A DNA stretch of 32,000 nt from Verrucomicrobiota bacterium (GTDB lineage Bacteria; Verrucomicrobiota; Verrucomicrobiia; Chthoniobacterales; UBA6821): the NCBI GenBank assembly GCA_008932965.1, contig WBXG01000007.1, forward strand, positions 1 to 32,000, in the 5' to 3' direction. The position numbers and the translations under genes are program-made. Below, in pieces: positions 18,484 to 26,530 of the stretch. Below the pieces are notes generated by a model. The model had not been told where the DNA came from, did no database searches, and saw only the letters and a program-made list of their open reading frames with translations. Each line of letters opens with the position of its first letter. Position 1 is the first letter of the stretch.

Positions 18484-19716
18484 GTGTTTTCTCTTAATTC
18501 CAATTACCTTAAACTTAAAGCCGGTTATCTTTTTCCCGAAATAGCACGACGCGTTAAGGAGTTCCTTGAGGCTCATCCTGAGGCTGCGACTGATTTGATT
18601 CGTTGTGGTATTGGAGATGTTACAGAGCCTCTTCCTCGTGCTGTATGTGATGCGATGCATTCAGCTGTCGATGAAATGGGAATACGAGAAACGTTTCGTG
18701 GATATGGACCGGAGCAAGGATACGATTTCTTGAGGAAGCTTATTGCAAAGCATGATTATCAATTTCGAGGGGTAACAGTAGCTGAGGACGAAATTTTTAT
18801 CTCTGATGGCTCCAAATGTGATGGAGCGAACATCCTGGATATTTTAGGCAAGAATAATCGTATTGCTGTGATGGATCCTGTTTATCCCGTCTATGTCGAT
18901 ACAAACGTCATGGCGGGACGTACTGGTAATATGCAGGATGATGGCTCTTACGAAGGGATCACTTACCTTGAATGTAATCATGAAAATGGTTTTGTTCCTT
19001 CATTACCTCAAGAAAAAGTTGATATCATTTATCTCTGCTATCCAAATAATCCGACTGGTGCGGTCGCCTCTCGTGAAGCACTTACTCGTTGGGTGGAGTA
19101 TGCACGGAGTCACCATTCGTTAATTCTTTTTGATGCAGCTTATGAGGCATTTATTCAGGACCCCGATATACCTCACTCCATTTATGAAATTCCTGGAGCC
19201 AGGGAATGTGCTCTTGAGTTGCGAAGCTTTTCCAAAAAAGGAGGGTTTACGGGTGTGCGTTGTGCTTTTACTGTTGTCCCTAAGGAGCTCCTGGCTAGGA
19301 CTGCCCAAGGAGGACAAGCCTCTTTACATCCATTGTGGAATCGTCGCATGACAACCGCTTTTAATGGGGTTAGTTATATTACACAACGTGGAGCAGCGGC
19401 ACTTTATTCAGAAGAGGGTCAGGCTCAGGTGCAGTCTCTTATTACTCATTATATGGGAAATGCTGCTCTCTTACGTGAGGCAGTAATAGCAGCAGGGCTT
19501 ACTGTTTATGGAGGAACAAATGCTCCTTATCTTTGGGTTCAATCTCCTCTAGGAGAAAAAAGTTGGGAAACTTTTGATCGAATGCTTCATGACCATCATA
19601 TTGTGGTCACTCCTGGAAGCGGCTTTGGAAGCGCCGGTGAAGGCTATTTCCGTATTTCCGCATTCAATAGTCGGGATAATGTGCTTGAGGTAGCAAAGCG
19701 ACTTTCTCTTCGTTAA
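18484..19716 (+). CDS. dapL: LL-diaminopimelate aminotransferase
   Basis: DapL-type blocks [109 protein letters not shown] start. The stop TAA lies inside the TTAA of a repeat terminus. Confidence 0.9.
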   Translation: MFSLNSNYLKLKAGYLFPEIARRVKEFLEAHPEAATDLIRCGIGDVTEPLPRAVCDAMHSAVDEMGIRETFRGYGPEQGYDFLRKLIAKHDYQFRGVTVAEDEIFISDGSKCDGANILDILGKNNRIAVMDPVYPVYVDTNVMAGRTGNMQDDGSYEGITYLECNHENGFVPSLPQEKVDIIYLCYPNNPTGAVASREALTRWVEYARSHHSLILFDAAYEAFIQDPDIPHSIYEIPGARECALELRSFSKKGGFTGVRCAFTVVPKELLARTAQGGQASLHPLWNRRMTTAFNGVSYITQRGAAALYSEEGQAQVQSLITHYMGNAALLREAVIAAGLTVYGGTNAPYLWVQSPLGEKSWETFDRMLHDHHIVVTPGSGFGSAGEGYFRISAFNSRDNVLEVAKRLSLR

Positions 19717-19772
19717 ACTGGATTTTCATACCAGTGACCTAAGGAGACCGGAAAGCCAGCGTGGATACTGTT
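19713..19772 (+). repeat. Solo, degenerate left arm of the TIR element family
   Basis: TTAAACTGGATTTTCATACCAGTGACCTAAGGAGACCGGAAAGCCAGCGTGGATACTG aligns with TTAACCCGGATATTTCATTCCGATCACCTGCGGAAGCCGGGAAGCTAGGGTTGATGCTG (copy at 25500). Confidence 0.6.
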
Positions 19773-19794
19773 CAATAATCACAATTATTTCTAC

Positions 19795-20484
19795 ATGCTC
19801 ATTTCTGAGATTTTTTATTCATTACAAGGAGAAGGTATGCTCATTGGGATGCCCTCTGTTTTTGTGAGAACAGCAGGATGTAATCTTCGCTGCCGTTGGT
19901 GTGATACACCTTATGCTTCCTGGAAACCAGAAGGAGAGGAGCTCTCTTTACATGAAATTGTAGAACGTGTTTCAGAATATAAATGTCACCATGTGGTGTT
20001 GACTGGAGGTGAGCCTATGATCGCCAAAGGATTACCAGATCTTGCAGCACAACTCCGAGCAAAAGGGCATCACATTACTATTGAAACAGCAGGAACTGTG
20101 TTGCCCCATGGAATTGCCTGTGATCTTGCTTCCCTCAGTCCGAAGTTGAAGAATTCCACTCCTGATGAACATAGTGCTGGTGCATGGAGTGGGCGTCACG
20201 AAGAGCGTCGCTATGCTCCAGATATGATAAAGGCTTGGCTCAAATCAATGGAGTGCCAATTGAAATTTGTGGTCTCCTCTCAAGAAGATTTGGAGGAGAT
20301 AGAAAATATCCTTTCAGAGATTGGAGCAGTGGAAAGAGATCATCTTTTTTTGATGCCAGAGGGAATAGATCCAATAATGTTAAGAGAGCGTTCGAAGTGG
20401 CTTGCAGAAATATGTCGAGAGCGTCAGTACCGCTTTGCACCTCGTTTGCAGATCGAACTTTACGGTAATACGAGAGGGACATGA
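19795..20484 (+). CDS. queE: 7-carboxy-7-deazaguanine synthase (radical SAM)
   Basis: EIFYSLQGEG...G.PSVFVRTAGCNLRCRWCDTPYAS (CX3CX2C cluster) and VVLTGGEP. The length is typical of QueE. Confidence 0.9.
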   Translation: MLISEIFYSLQGEGMLIGMPSVFVRTAGCNLRCRWCDTPYASWKPEGEELSLHEIVERVSEYKCHHVVLTGGEPMIAKGLPDLAAQLRAKGHHITIETAGTVLPHGIACDLASLSPKLKNSTPDEHSAGAWSGRHEERRYAPDMIKAWLKSMECQLKFVVSSQEDLEEIENILSEIGAVERDHLFLMPEGIDPIMLRERSKWLAEICRERQYRFAPRLQIELYGNTRGT

Positions 20485-20641
20485 AAATCTGTAATGGATA
20501 TTTTCAGATCATAAGAAAATTTGCTTCTCCATTCCATTTTTAAAAAAGTCTACTTTCAATATAATCTTTCCTAGCAAATGCAGATTCAGAACTGTTTGCC
20601 CTTTACTCGTTACTCTTTACTGGTTTCATAAAGCCTGTTTT

Positions 20642-21664
20642 ATGAAATCACCTCATATCCTCATTGTTCGTCGAGATAATATTGGGGATCTTTTGTGTAC
20701 GACTCCCTTGATTCATGGTCTTCGTAAAAAGTATCCAAAAGCCTTTATTGCTGTGCTTGCTAGTAGTTATAATGCTGAAGTTTTGCGTGGCAATCCTGAT
20801 GTGGATCAAGTTTTTGTTTTTCCAAAACGTTATGAAAAAAAGAGTGCTACTTATTTTTTTGCGAAACTTTGGAAACGGTGGATGCTGATCCGAGAGATAA
20901 GAAGATGTCGCTTTGATCATCTTATTTTAGCCAATGGTGGCTGGCGTTATGCACGACATCTTGGTGGCAAAGAGATGATCGGTTTTCGAGAACGTCATCA
21001 ATCAGATCATTGTCAACCTGAGGTAATCGTTCCCCTAGAGCATGAAGGGAGAGAGGATCATGAGGTTGTAAAAATGGCCCGCCTTGGTTCCGTTTTAGGA
21101 GTGACAGAGGCCATGGGGCCCTTACATCTTTTTCCAGATCCAGGGGAGGTGATACGTCAACGAGAGCATCTTGTTGCTCTAGGATGGGATCCTGCATTGC
21201 CCACAATAGGACTGCATATTAGCTCAAGGCAGCCCCATCAACGATGGCCACAAGAATCCTTTGTAGCCCTTGCTCAAGAACTCATGAAAAAAAAGAAAGT
21301 TCAAATTCTTCTGTTTTGGTCTCCTGGTAAAAATAATAATCGTATGCACCCCGGAGATGATGAAAAAGCAACCTGGATTCTCGAACAACTCGATCATCAT
21401 GGGATTTTAGCCTGTCCCACAGGAACACTTCGAGAGCTGATCGCTGGGATTTCTCTGGTAGATCATATCATTTGTAGCGATGGAGGTGCTATGCATATTG
21501 CTGCAGCATTACAGAAACCGACTCTCTGCTTTTTTGGAGCAAGTAACATAGACGAATGGCACCCGTGGCATGTTCCTTATCATATTTTGAAAACTACATC
21601 CCAGCGGGTGGCTGATATTCAAGTTGAAGAGGTGATAAAACAGGTTGATTTACTAACGAGATAA
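20642..21664 (+). CDS. Glycosyltransferase family 9 (LPS heptosyltransferase-like)
   Basis: ILIVRRDNIGDLLCTTPLIHGLRKKYP N-terminal GT9 signature, and a C-terminal ...LIAGISLVDHIICSDGGAMHIAAAL.KPT..FFG. Confidence 0.85.
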   Translation: MKSPHILIVRRDNIGDLLCTTPLIHGLRKKYPKAFIAVLASSYNAEVLRGNPDVDQVFVFPKRYEKKSATYFFAKLWKRWMLIREIRRCRFDHLILANGGWRYARHLGGKEMIGFRERHQSDHCQPEVIVPLEHEGREDHEVVKMARLGSVLGVTEAMGPLHLFPDPGEVIRQREHLVALGWDPALPTIGLHISSRQPHQRWPQESFVALAQELMKKKKVQILLFWSPGKNNNRMHPGDDEKATWILEQLDHHGILACPTGTLRELIAGISLVDHIICSDGGAMHIAAALQKPTLCFFGASNIDEWHPWHVPYHILKTTSQRVADIQVEEVIKQVDLLTR

Positions 21665-21713
21665 ATTTCATTTCGAGTTCCATTTTTTTTTAAAGCGACT
21701 AGATTTCTCATTT

Positions 21714-22640
21714 ATGAAGCGTTTTCTGAAACTAAAATTCATGCTTTTCTTGCTTCTTGTTATTGGAAGTCGAGCTATCGCTATAAATTCTATTATTGTA
21801 GATAACGAGACTGGTTGTGTTTTAGAAGAACATGGTTTGAATAGTCGGGTTCCTATTTCTAGTCTCACCAAGGTAGCTCTTGCAATGGTGTTACTGGATT
21901 GGTCAACACTCTGTAAAAAGAGTCTTGATCAAGTTGTTGAAGTTCCTCCTGCAGCAGCTGCTCAAGGGCCTAGTAATCCCCTTGGATTAGCATCAGGGGA
22001 CCGATTGACCTTGCGGGATCTTCTTTATTTGTCCCTTTTGGTCTCTGATAGTCAAGCAGCACAAACCATCGCCTATAGGGTTGGCTCTCAATTGCCCAAT
22101 ACTAAGGAGCTTGGTCCTGTAGATAATTTTGTTTCCCATATGAATGCACTTGCTATGGAGTTGAAAATGAAAAGCACTCTTTTTCTTAATCCTAGTGGTC
22201 TTGATATGCCCACCTCTCAAACTCAGCCCTATTCCACAGTTGCTGACCTAGCCAGGCTCATTCGTTACGCTTATACAAAGCCAGGGCTAGAGTTTTATGT
22301 CTCACAAAAATCTCGTGAAATTCATGTAGAGCGTTCCGGCAAATCATGTTCAGTGACCATTAACAATACCAATAAGCTGTTAGGAAAAGAGTGCATTGAT
22401 GGTGTCAAAACCGGCAGTTCGCCGCTTGCTGGCGAATGTCTTATATTAACAAGTGAGCATCGGCCAGAAGTGAAAAAAGTAGGGAATACAGTCTACACTG
22501 CTCCTCGCAGAATTATTGTTGTTTTATTGAATGCCCCCAATCGTTTTGAAGAGGGACTTGCTCTTATCCAACAAGGATGGTCCCTCTATAATACTTGGGC
22601 TGCCGAGGGAAGATTAACCCATGGCCATGAAGTTTTATAA
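21714..22640 (+). CDS. D-alanyl-D-alanine carboxypeptidase (peptidase S11, low-MW PBP)
   Basis: Signal peptide, SxxK (ISSLTKV), an SxN-like NPSGL and KTG (GVKTGSS). Confidence 0.85.
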   Translation: MKRFLKLKFMLFLLLVIGSRAIAINSIIVDNETGCVLEEHGLNSRVPISSLTKVALAMVLLDWSTLCKKSLDQVVEVPPAAAAQGPSNPLGLASGDRLTLRDLLYLSLLVSDSQAAQTIAYRVGSQLPNTKELGPVDNFVSHMNALAMELKMKSTLFLNPSGLDMPTSQTQPYSTVADLARLIRYAYTKPGLEFYVSQKSREIHVERSGKSCSVTINNTNKLLGKECIDGVKTGSSPLAGECLILTSEHRPEVKKVGNTVYTAPRRIIVVLLNAPNRFEEGLALIQQGWSLYNTWAAEGRLTHGHEVL

Positions 22641-22650
22641 TAAGGCTCAT

Positions 22651-22689
22651 TGCGCTATCAAGGTGATCAGTAGGAAAGATCCGGTTTAA
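22651..22689 (+). repeat. Solo degenerate right terminus of the TIR element family
   Basis: GGTGATCAGTAGGAAAGATCCGGTTTAA versus the right end TGGTGATCAGAATGAAATATGCGGGTTAA of the copy at 23911..23975. About 22/25 matches over the terminal 25 nt. Confidence 0.55.
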
Positions 22690-22726
22690 CCCTATAGCAT
22701 CGAGCCTCAAGCTAATTGATCTCTTC

Positions 22727-23815
22727 ATGATTCAACAACGTTTTGGTGTCTTAACAAGTGGGGGAGATTGTCCAGGCTTGAATGCTGTGTTGTATTCTAT
22801 TGTTGGTGCTGCAGAAAAACTCGGTGCTGAGGTTCTCGGTTTTCATGATGGTTTTGAAGGATTGCTGCTCCCCGATTCCTTTACCAAGCTAACTGCTGCG
22901 AACACATCTGGCATCCTGAAGACCGGAGGAACGATACTTGGAACAACCAGTCGTGGTCATTTTTGTGGCAAAGTAACGCATGGAAGAAAAACAGAAGTTC
23001 CAGCCCCATTTGTACAGCAAGCTTCACAGACCTGCCGTGACTTGGGACTCGATGCCCTTATTGCAATTGGAGGAGATGGTTCAATGACAATAGCATTGCA
23101 ACTCTATCAGGCTGGTTTTCCTATTATCGGTGTTCCCAAAACAATTGATAATGATCTTGAGGCGACATCAATGACCTTTGGTTTTGATTCTGCTGTTGCG
23201 TGTGCGACAGATGCCTTGGATCGGCTTCATACAACTGCAGCAAGTCACAAGCGTATTATCCTTCTTCAAGTCATGGGACGTCATGCAGGCTGGATAGCCC
23301 TTTGGAGCGGTCTAGCTGGTGGGGCTGATATTATCTTAATTCCAGAAATACCTTTTGAATTAGAAAAAATTGTAGACGAAATTCAGCGGCGCACCTCACA
23401 AGGAAACAAAAGTACAATGATTGTTGTAGCTGAGGGGGCCAAGCCCATGAATGGAAAAGAATCTTATAAAGTCAATACCCGTGGAGAATGGCAACTAGGT
23501 GGTATTGGTGAGATGCTTTGTCAAAAAATAGAAAAGAAGACAGGCCAAGAGACACGTCTCTGCGTTCTGGGGCATTTGCAACGTGGAGGAGCTCCCACAA
23601 CACTGGATCGTATTTTAGGAATACGTTTTGGGGTGAAGGCAGTGGAATTAGCCCTTGAAAAAAAATTTGGCACCATGGTGAGTTATCAAGATGGTATTAT
23701 TCGTGATGTCCCACTTGCTCATGCGGTGCATCGGTTAAAATGCGTTCCACCCGATGATCAAATCATTGAAGCAGCAAAGGGAATTGGGATTTTTTTTGGG
23801 TCCTCATCTCTATGA
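22727..23815 (+). CDS. pfk: 6-phosphofructokinase (phosphoryl donor uncertain)
   Basis: GVLTSGGDCPGLNAV, IGGDGSM, PKTIDNDL, MGRHAGW, LGHLQRGG. Confidence 0.92.
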   Translation: MIQQRFGVLTSGGDCPGLNAVLYSIVGAAEKLGAEVLGFHDGFEGLLLPDSFTKLTAANTSGILKTGGTILGTTSRGHFCGKVTHGRKTEVPAPFVQQASQTCRDLGLDALIAIGGDGSMTIALQLYQAGFPIIGVPKTIDNDLEATSMTFGFDSAVACATDALDRLHTTAASHKRIILLQVMGRHAGWIALWSGLAGGADIILIPEIPFELEKIVDEIQRRTSQGNKSTMIVVAEGAKPMNGKESYKVNTRGEWQLGGIGEMLCQKIEKKTGQETRLCVLGHLQRGGAPTTLDRILGIRFGVKAVELALEKKFGTMVSYQDGIIRDVPLAHAVHRLKCVPPDDQIIEAAKGIGIFFGSSSL

Positions 23816-23910
23816 AAAAGAGCAAGAAGCCTCTTCTATCTTTTTAGTGCGCGCATTATTGAGTTTTTATGCTCTTAAGAAATTCAGAAAGCTGTTAGTT
23901 TAGCAGAATA

Positions 23911-23975
23911 TTAACCCGGATATTTTATACTGATCGCGGCCTTCGCTGGTGATCAGAATGAAATATGCGGGTTAA
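23911..23975 (+). mobile_element. Miniature (65 bp) deletion derivative of the TIR element, essentially the two arms only
   Basis: TTAACCCGGATATTTTATACTGATCGCGG-CCTTCGC-TGGTGATCAGAATGAAATATGCGGGTTAA. TTAA is present at both ends and the sequence folds as a near-perfect hairpin. Confidence 0.85.
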
Positions 23976-24005
23976 CCACATTATCCTACAGAATTTTTCA
24001 CACTT

Positions 24006-24503
24006 ATGATGATCCGTCGTAACACACTTCTTCTTTTGCTAGTTCTCTTTCTTTTTGGAAATTCCGGATGTTCCAATCTCACCCCCACAGAAAATGGATT
24101 GCTCGCTGCAGGAGCTGTAGGAGCCGCTACTGGAGTGGCTTTAGGGACCACGGTGAGCCCCTCTATTTCTATACCTGTAGCTATTGGCTCGGCTCTCCTT
24201 GCTGGAGGAGGTGCTTATCTTTATTCCAAAAATCGAGCAACCATTGACCAACGCCGGATTGCGGAAGCACGCGCTCGTCTTTACTACGCTAAGCTCAATG
24301 AGTCAGAACAAGAGAATACTAATCGATATTTAGCAGTGAATGCCCCGAACACTGCTCAAACACAAGGACAAGCTGTCATGCTTTATGATACTCAAACTAA
24401 GACGATGCCTAACGATGTTTATGATATGAAAAAAACACCCTCTGTTGGAGCCTCTACATCGATTGGAAATAACAGAGCCACCTACATTGGCTCTGGGAAC
24501 TAG
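24006..24503 (+). CDS. Lipoprotein with a glycine-zipper region
   Basis: Signal peptide plus lipobox LFLFGNSG|C, then a Gly/Ala-rich AAGAVGAATGVALG...AIGSALLAGGGAYLY segment. Confidence 0.7.
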   Translation: MMIRRNTLLLLLVLFLFGNSGCSNLTPTENGLLAAGAVGAATGVALGTTVSPSISIPVAIGSALLAGGGAYLYSKNRATIDQRRIAEARARLYYAKLNESEQENTNRYLAVNAPNTAQTQGQAVMLYDTQTKTMPNDVYDMKKTPSVGASTSIGNNRATYIGSGN

Positions 24504-24545
24504 AGAGACCTCAATGTTGAACGTAGTAATGATGAGCTCTCCACA

Positions 24546-24587
24546 AGCCGTAGTAGTAGTAGATTTAGTATGAAATATTTGGGCTAG
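24546..24587 (-). repeat. Solo left-arm terminus (reverse orientation), abutting the next copy and sharing its CTAG
   Basis: AGCCGTAGTAGTAGTAGATTTAGTATGAAATATTTGGGCTAG duplicates the end of the adjacent copy (CTTCCGTAGTAGATTGGTATGAAATATTTGGGCTAG at 24732..24767). Confidence 0.7.
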
Positions 24588-24767
24588 CCCAAATATTTCA
24601 TACTGATCGTGACGAGGAAGCTGCGAAGGGTGATGGGGCAAGGCAGTCGAGCATTTTGATGCTGGGCTGTATGAACACATACCGCCCAAGTCAAAATGGG
24701 AGTCTAACGCAGCATCCATCTGACTTCCCAGCTTCCGTAGTAGATTGGTATGAAATATTTGGGCTAG
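24584..24767 (-). mobile_element. TIR element, standard form (184 bp), reverse orientation, CTAG at both ends
   Basis: Its reverse complement aligns end to end with the copies at 28118 and 25500, including the core TACAGCCCAGCATCAAAATGCTCGACTGCC. Confidence 0.9.
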
Positions 24768-24771
24768 GATC

Positions 24772-25260
24772 TCACTGGCTTTCGGCTTCAATCAACGATT
24801 GTTGTATTAAAGAAAAAATTTCTATTTGAAGAAGTGCTTTTTCCTGAGCTGAGCTAAATGAGGCATGGTCGCATAGGTGGTGACCTACTTCAGTAATTTG
24901 GTGTTCAGCAGCTAGCGATAAGCGCACAATACTCATCATGCGCAACCAGGCATCTCGGTGAGCTAAGGGAATCTGAAAAGAACGAAGCTGCTTAGAAGGA
25001 TTTTCATATTCCAGTGCAGCTAAATCAGTGAGAACTTTCTCATGACATGAGGAAAAGAGCGCTTGAAGTTCGGGGACAATATATTCTTTCCAATCTTGAG
25101 AAAAGAGGGGGTCTTGTTTGGTCAGTTTTTGAAAAAGATATTCATTCACGATCTGTGAACTCAGTTCTTTTTGCTGTAATGGTTGGGTTAAAAGTGTCAC
25201 AAGAGAAAAATCGATTTCTTGAAAAAGAAGGTCACCATTAGGTTGAAGAGAACAATTCAT
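24772..25260 (-). CDS. Hypothetical protein (162 aa)
   Basis: Clean ORF with AT-rich codon usage like the neighbouring genes. I recognise no motif. It lies downstream of ybeY-clpS on the same strand. Confidence 0.5.
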   Translation of the reverse strand: MNCSLQPNGDLLFQEIDFSLVTLLTQPLQQKELSSQIVNEYLFQKLTKQDPLFSQDWKEYIVPELQALFSSCHEKVLTDLAALEYENPSKQLRSFQIPLAHRDAWLRMMSIVRLSLAAEHQITEVGHHLCDHASFSSAQEKALLQIEIFSLIQQSLIEAESQ

Positions 25261-25318
25261 ACTATTTTTTTAACAGAGCTTGATGAAAGGTGTGGAGATT
25301 GATGGAGGTTATTTCAAC

Positions 25319-25486
25319 ATGAAACTGCCTAACAGTAATCATAAAAAATCTCTTCTTTGGGGAATTGATGTAGGTGGAACCAAAATAGAAGGAGTGATTA
25401 TTGATTCGTCTCAACAAAACCGAGCTCTCCATCGGCTTCGTGTTCCAACAGAATCTCCTCAAGGACCAGAACATATCATGAGGTAG
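25319..25486 (+). pseudogene. ROK-family sugar kinase, N-terminal ~55 codons only (remnant)
   Basis: LLWGIDVGGTKIEGVIIDSSQQ....LRVPTE matches the ASKHA/ROK phosphate-1 motif (GIDxGGTK) and the following RxPTP-like strand. The ORF stops 14 nt before the element at 25500, and the remaining ~250 codons are absent. Confidence 0.5.
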
Positions 25487-25499
25487 TTACAGCTTCTTG

Positions 25500-25705
25500 T
25501 TAACCCGGATATTTCATTCCGATCACCTGCGGAAGCCGGGAAGCTAGGGTTGATGCTGCGTTGGTCTCGAATTGTGATTCGGGAGGTAGGGACTCTACAG
25601 CCCTGCATCAAAATGCTCGCCTGCGTTGACTCGCTCGCTCCCACGCGGTCTCCCATCAGCCTTCGCAGCCTCCTCATCACGATCAGTATGAAATATCCAG
25701 GTTAA
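25500..25705 (+). mobile_element. TIR element (206 bp), reference copy, carrying a 27-nt remnant of the nested module (25626..25652)
   Basis: TTAACCCGGATATTTCATTCCGATC...GATCAGTATGAAATATCCAGGTTAA. Internal hairpin CTCGAAT-tgtg-ATTCGGG (25566..25583). Core CTACAGCCCTGCATCAAAATGCTCGCCTGC. Confidence 0.9.
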
Positions 25706-25992
25706 AAAATTTGCTCCAATGCTGCTGTAAGCAAATATCCCTGGAGTTTTTCTACGTAGAGTTCTCCTTCTTCACGAGAGCCGGACCAAAGAGTAGAGCG
25801 TCCTTGTACGTGTACTTCGCGCATTTTTTTTTCTGCAATTTCTTTGCTAAATCCAAAGATCTTTTGAAATACCATAGTCACATAACTCATTAGATTAATA
25901 GGATCATCATGGACAACGACCTGCCAGACTGGCTCCAGTTCTAGTTCCATGACTGTTTCAGGATTTTCTAAAATGAGTGGTTCCGTTGTCAT
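25702..25992 (-). CDS. clpS: ATP-dependent Clp protease adaptor ClpS
   Basis: VWQVVVHDDPINLMSYVTMVFQKIFGFS.E.A...M.EVH..G......GSREE.E.YV..L. The stop TAA lies inside the element's terminal TTAA (25702..25705). The start overlaps the ybeY stop. Confidence 0.92.
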   Translation of the reverse strand: MTTEPLILENPETVMELELEPVWQVVVHDDPINLMSYVTMVFQKIFGFSKEIAEKKMREVHVQGRSTLWSGSREEGELYVEKLQGYLLTAALEQIF

Positions 25993-26456
25993 AGTATTAA
26001 TGATTTTATTTCGGTAAGCGCTTTTTTCAAAAGGGTCTCTTGCAAGCTATGCATTATTTCATATTCCTGTTTCGTTTGATCATCATAGTCAAGTAAATGG
26101 AGTAGTCCATGAATCACACAGCGTGCTACTTCATGATCCACTTTTTCCTGAAATTTCTGAGCATGGAGGGCCACGGTTGGAATGCCAATAAGGATCTCAC
26201 CAAGCTCATCACTATGAGCAAAGGTGATAACGTCGGTTGGGGTGGGATCTTGAAGAAATTGAGCATGCACTTGAGTGATCATCCGATCATTGAGAAAAGT
26301 GATTTCAATAATGTTGGGAAGTCGGCTGTGAGGATAACGAGGTTCTTTAATACAAGAAACAAGTGCTATTTCAACAAGGGATTGAATTTTTTGAAAATGA
26401 ATTTTTACTTTTCGTTGTCGTTGTGACCAGATAAGTCGTGGATAAGAAGTTTGCAT
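25989..26456 (-). CDS. ybeY: rRNA maturation endoribonuclease YbeY
   Basis: Metal-binding motif HGLLHLLDYDD (HGxLHLxGYDH family signature). Size is ~155 aa. Confidence 0.9.
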   Translation of the reverse strand: MQTSYPRLIWSQRQRKVKIHFQKIQSLVEIALVSCIKEPRYPHSRLPNIIEITFLNDRMITQVHAQFLQDPTPTDVITFAHSDELGEILIGIPTVALHAQKFQEKVDHEVARCVIHGLLHLLDYDDQTKQEYEIMHSLQETLLKKALTEIKSLIL

Positions 26457-26530
26457 AGCGATAGACTATTTTAAAATCAACAGTTGAGCGTCGCTCTTTA
26501 ATAGCATAACATTTTCAAATTAGAAATTAT

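Noticed and set aside
20495-20520. Weak resemblance to element termini just after the queE stop (TAATGGATATTTTCAGATCA), and similarly after the GT9 stop at 21655..21685 (CTAACGAGATAAATTTCATTTCGAG).
   Set aside because: There are only about 65-70% matches, and these need indels. This cannot be told from chance in AT-rich DNA by eye. It would need a profile search.
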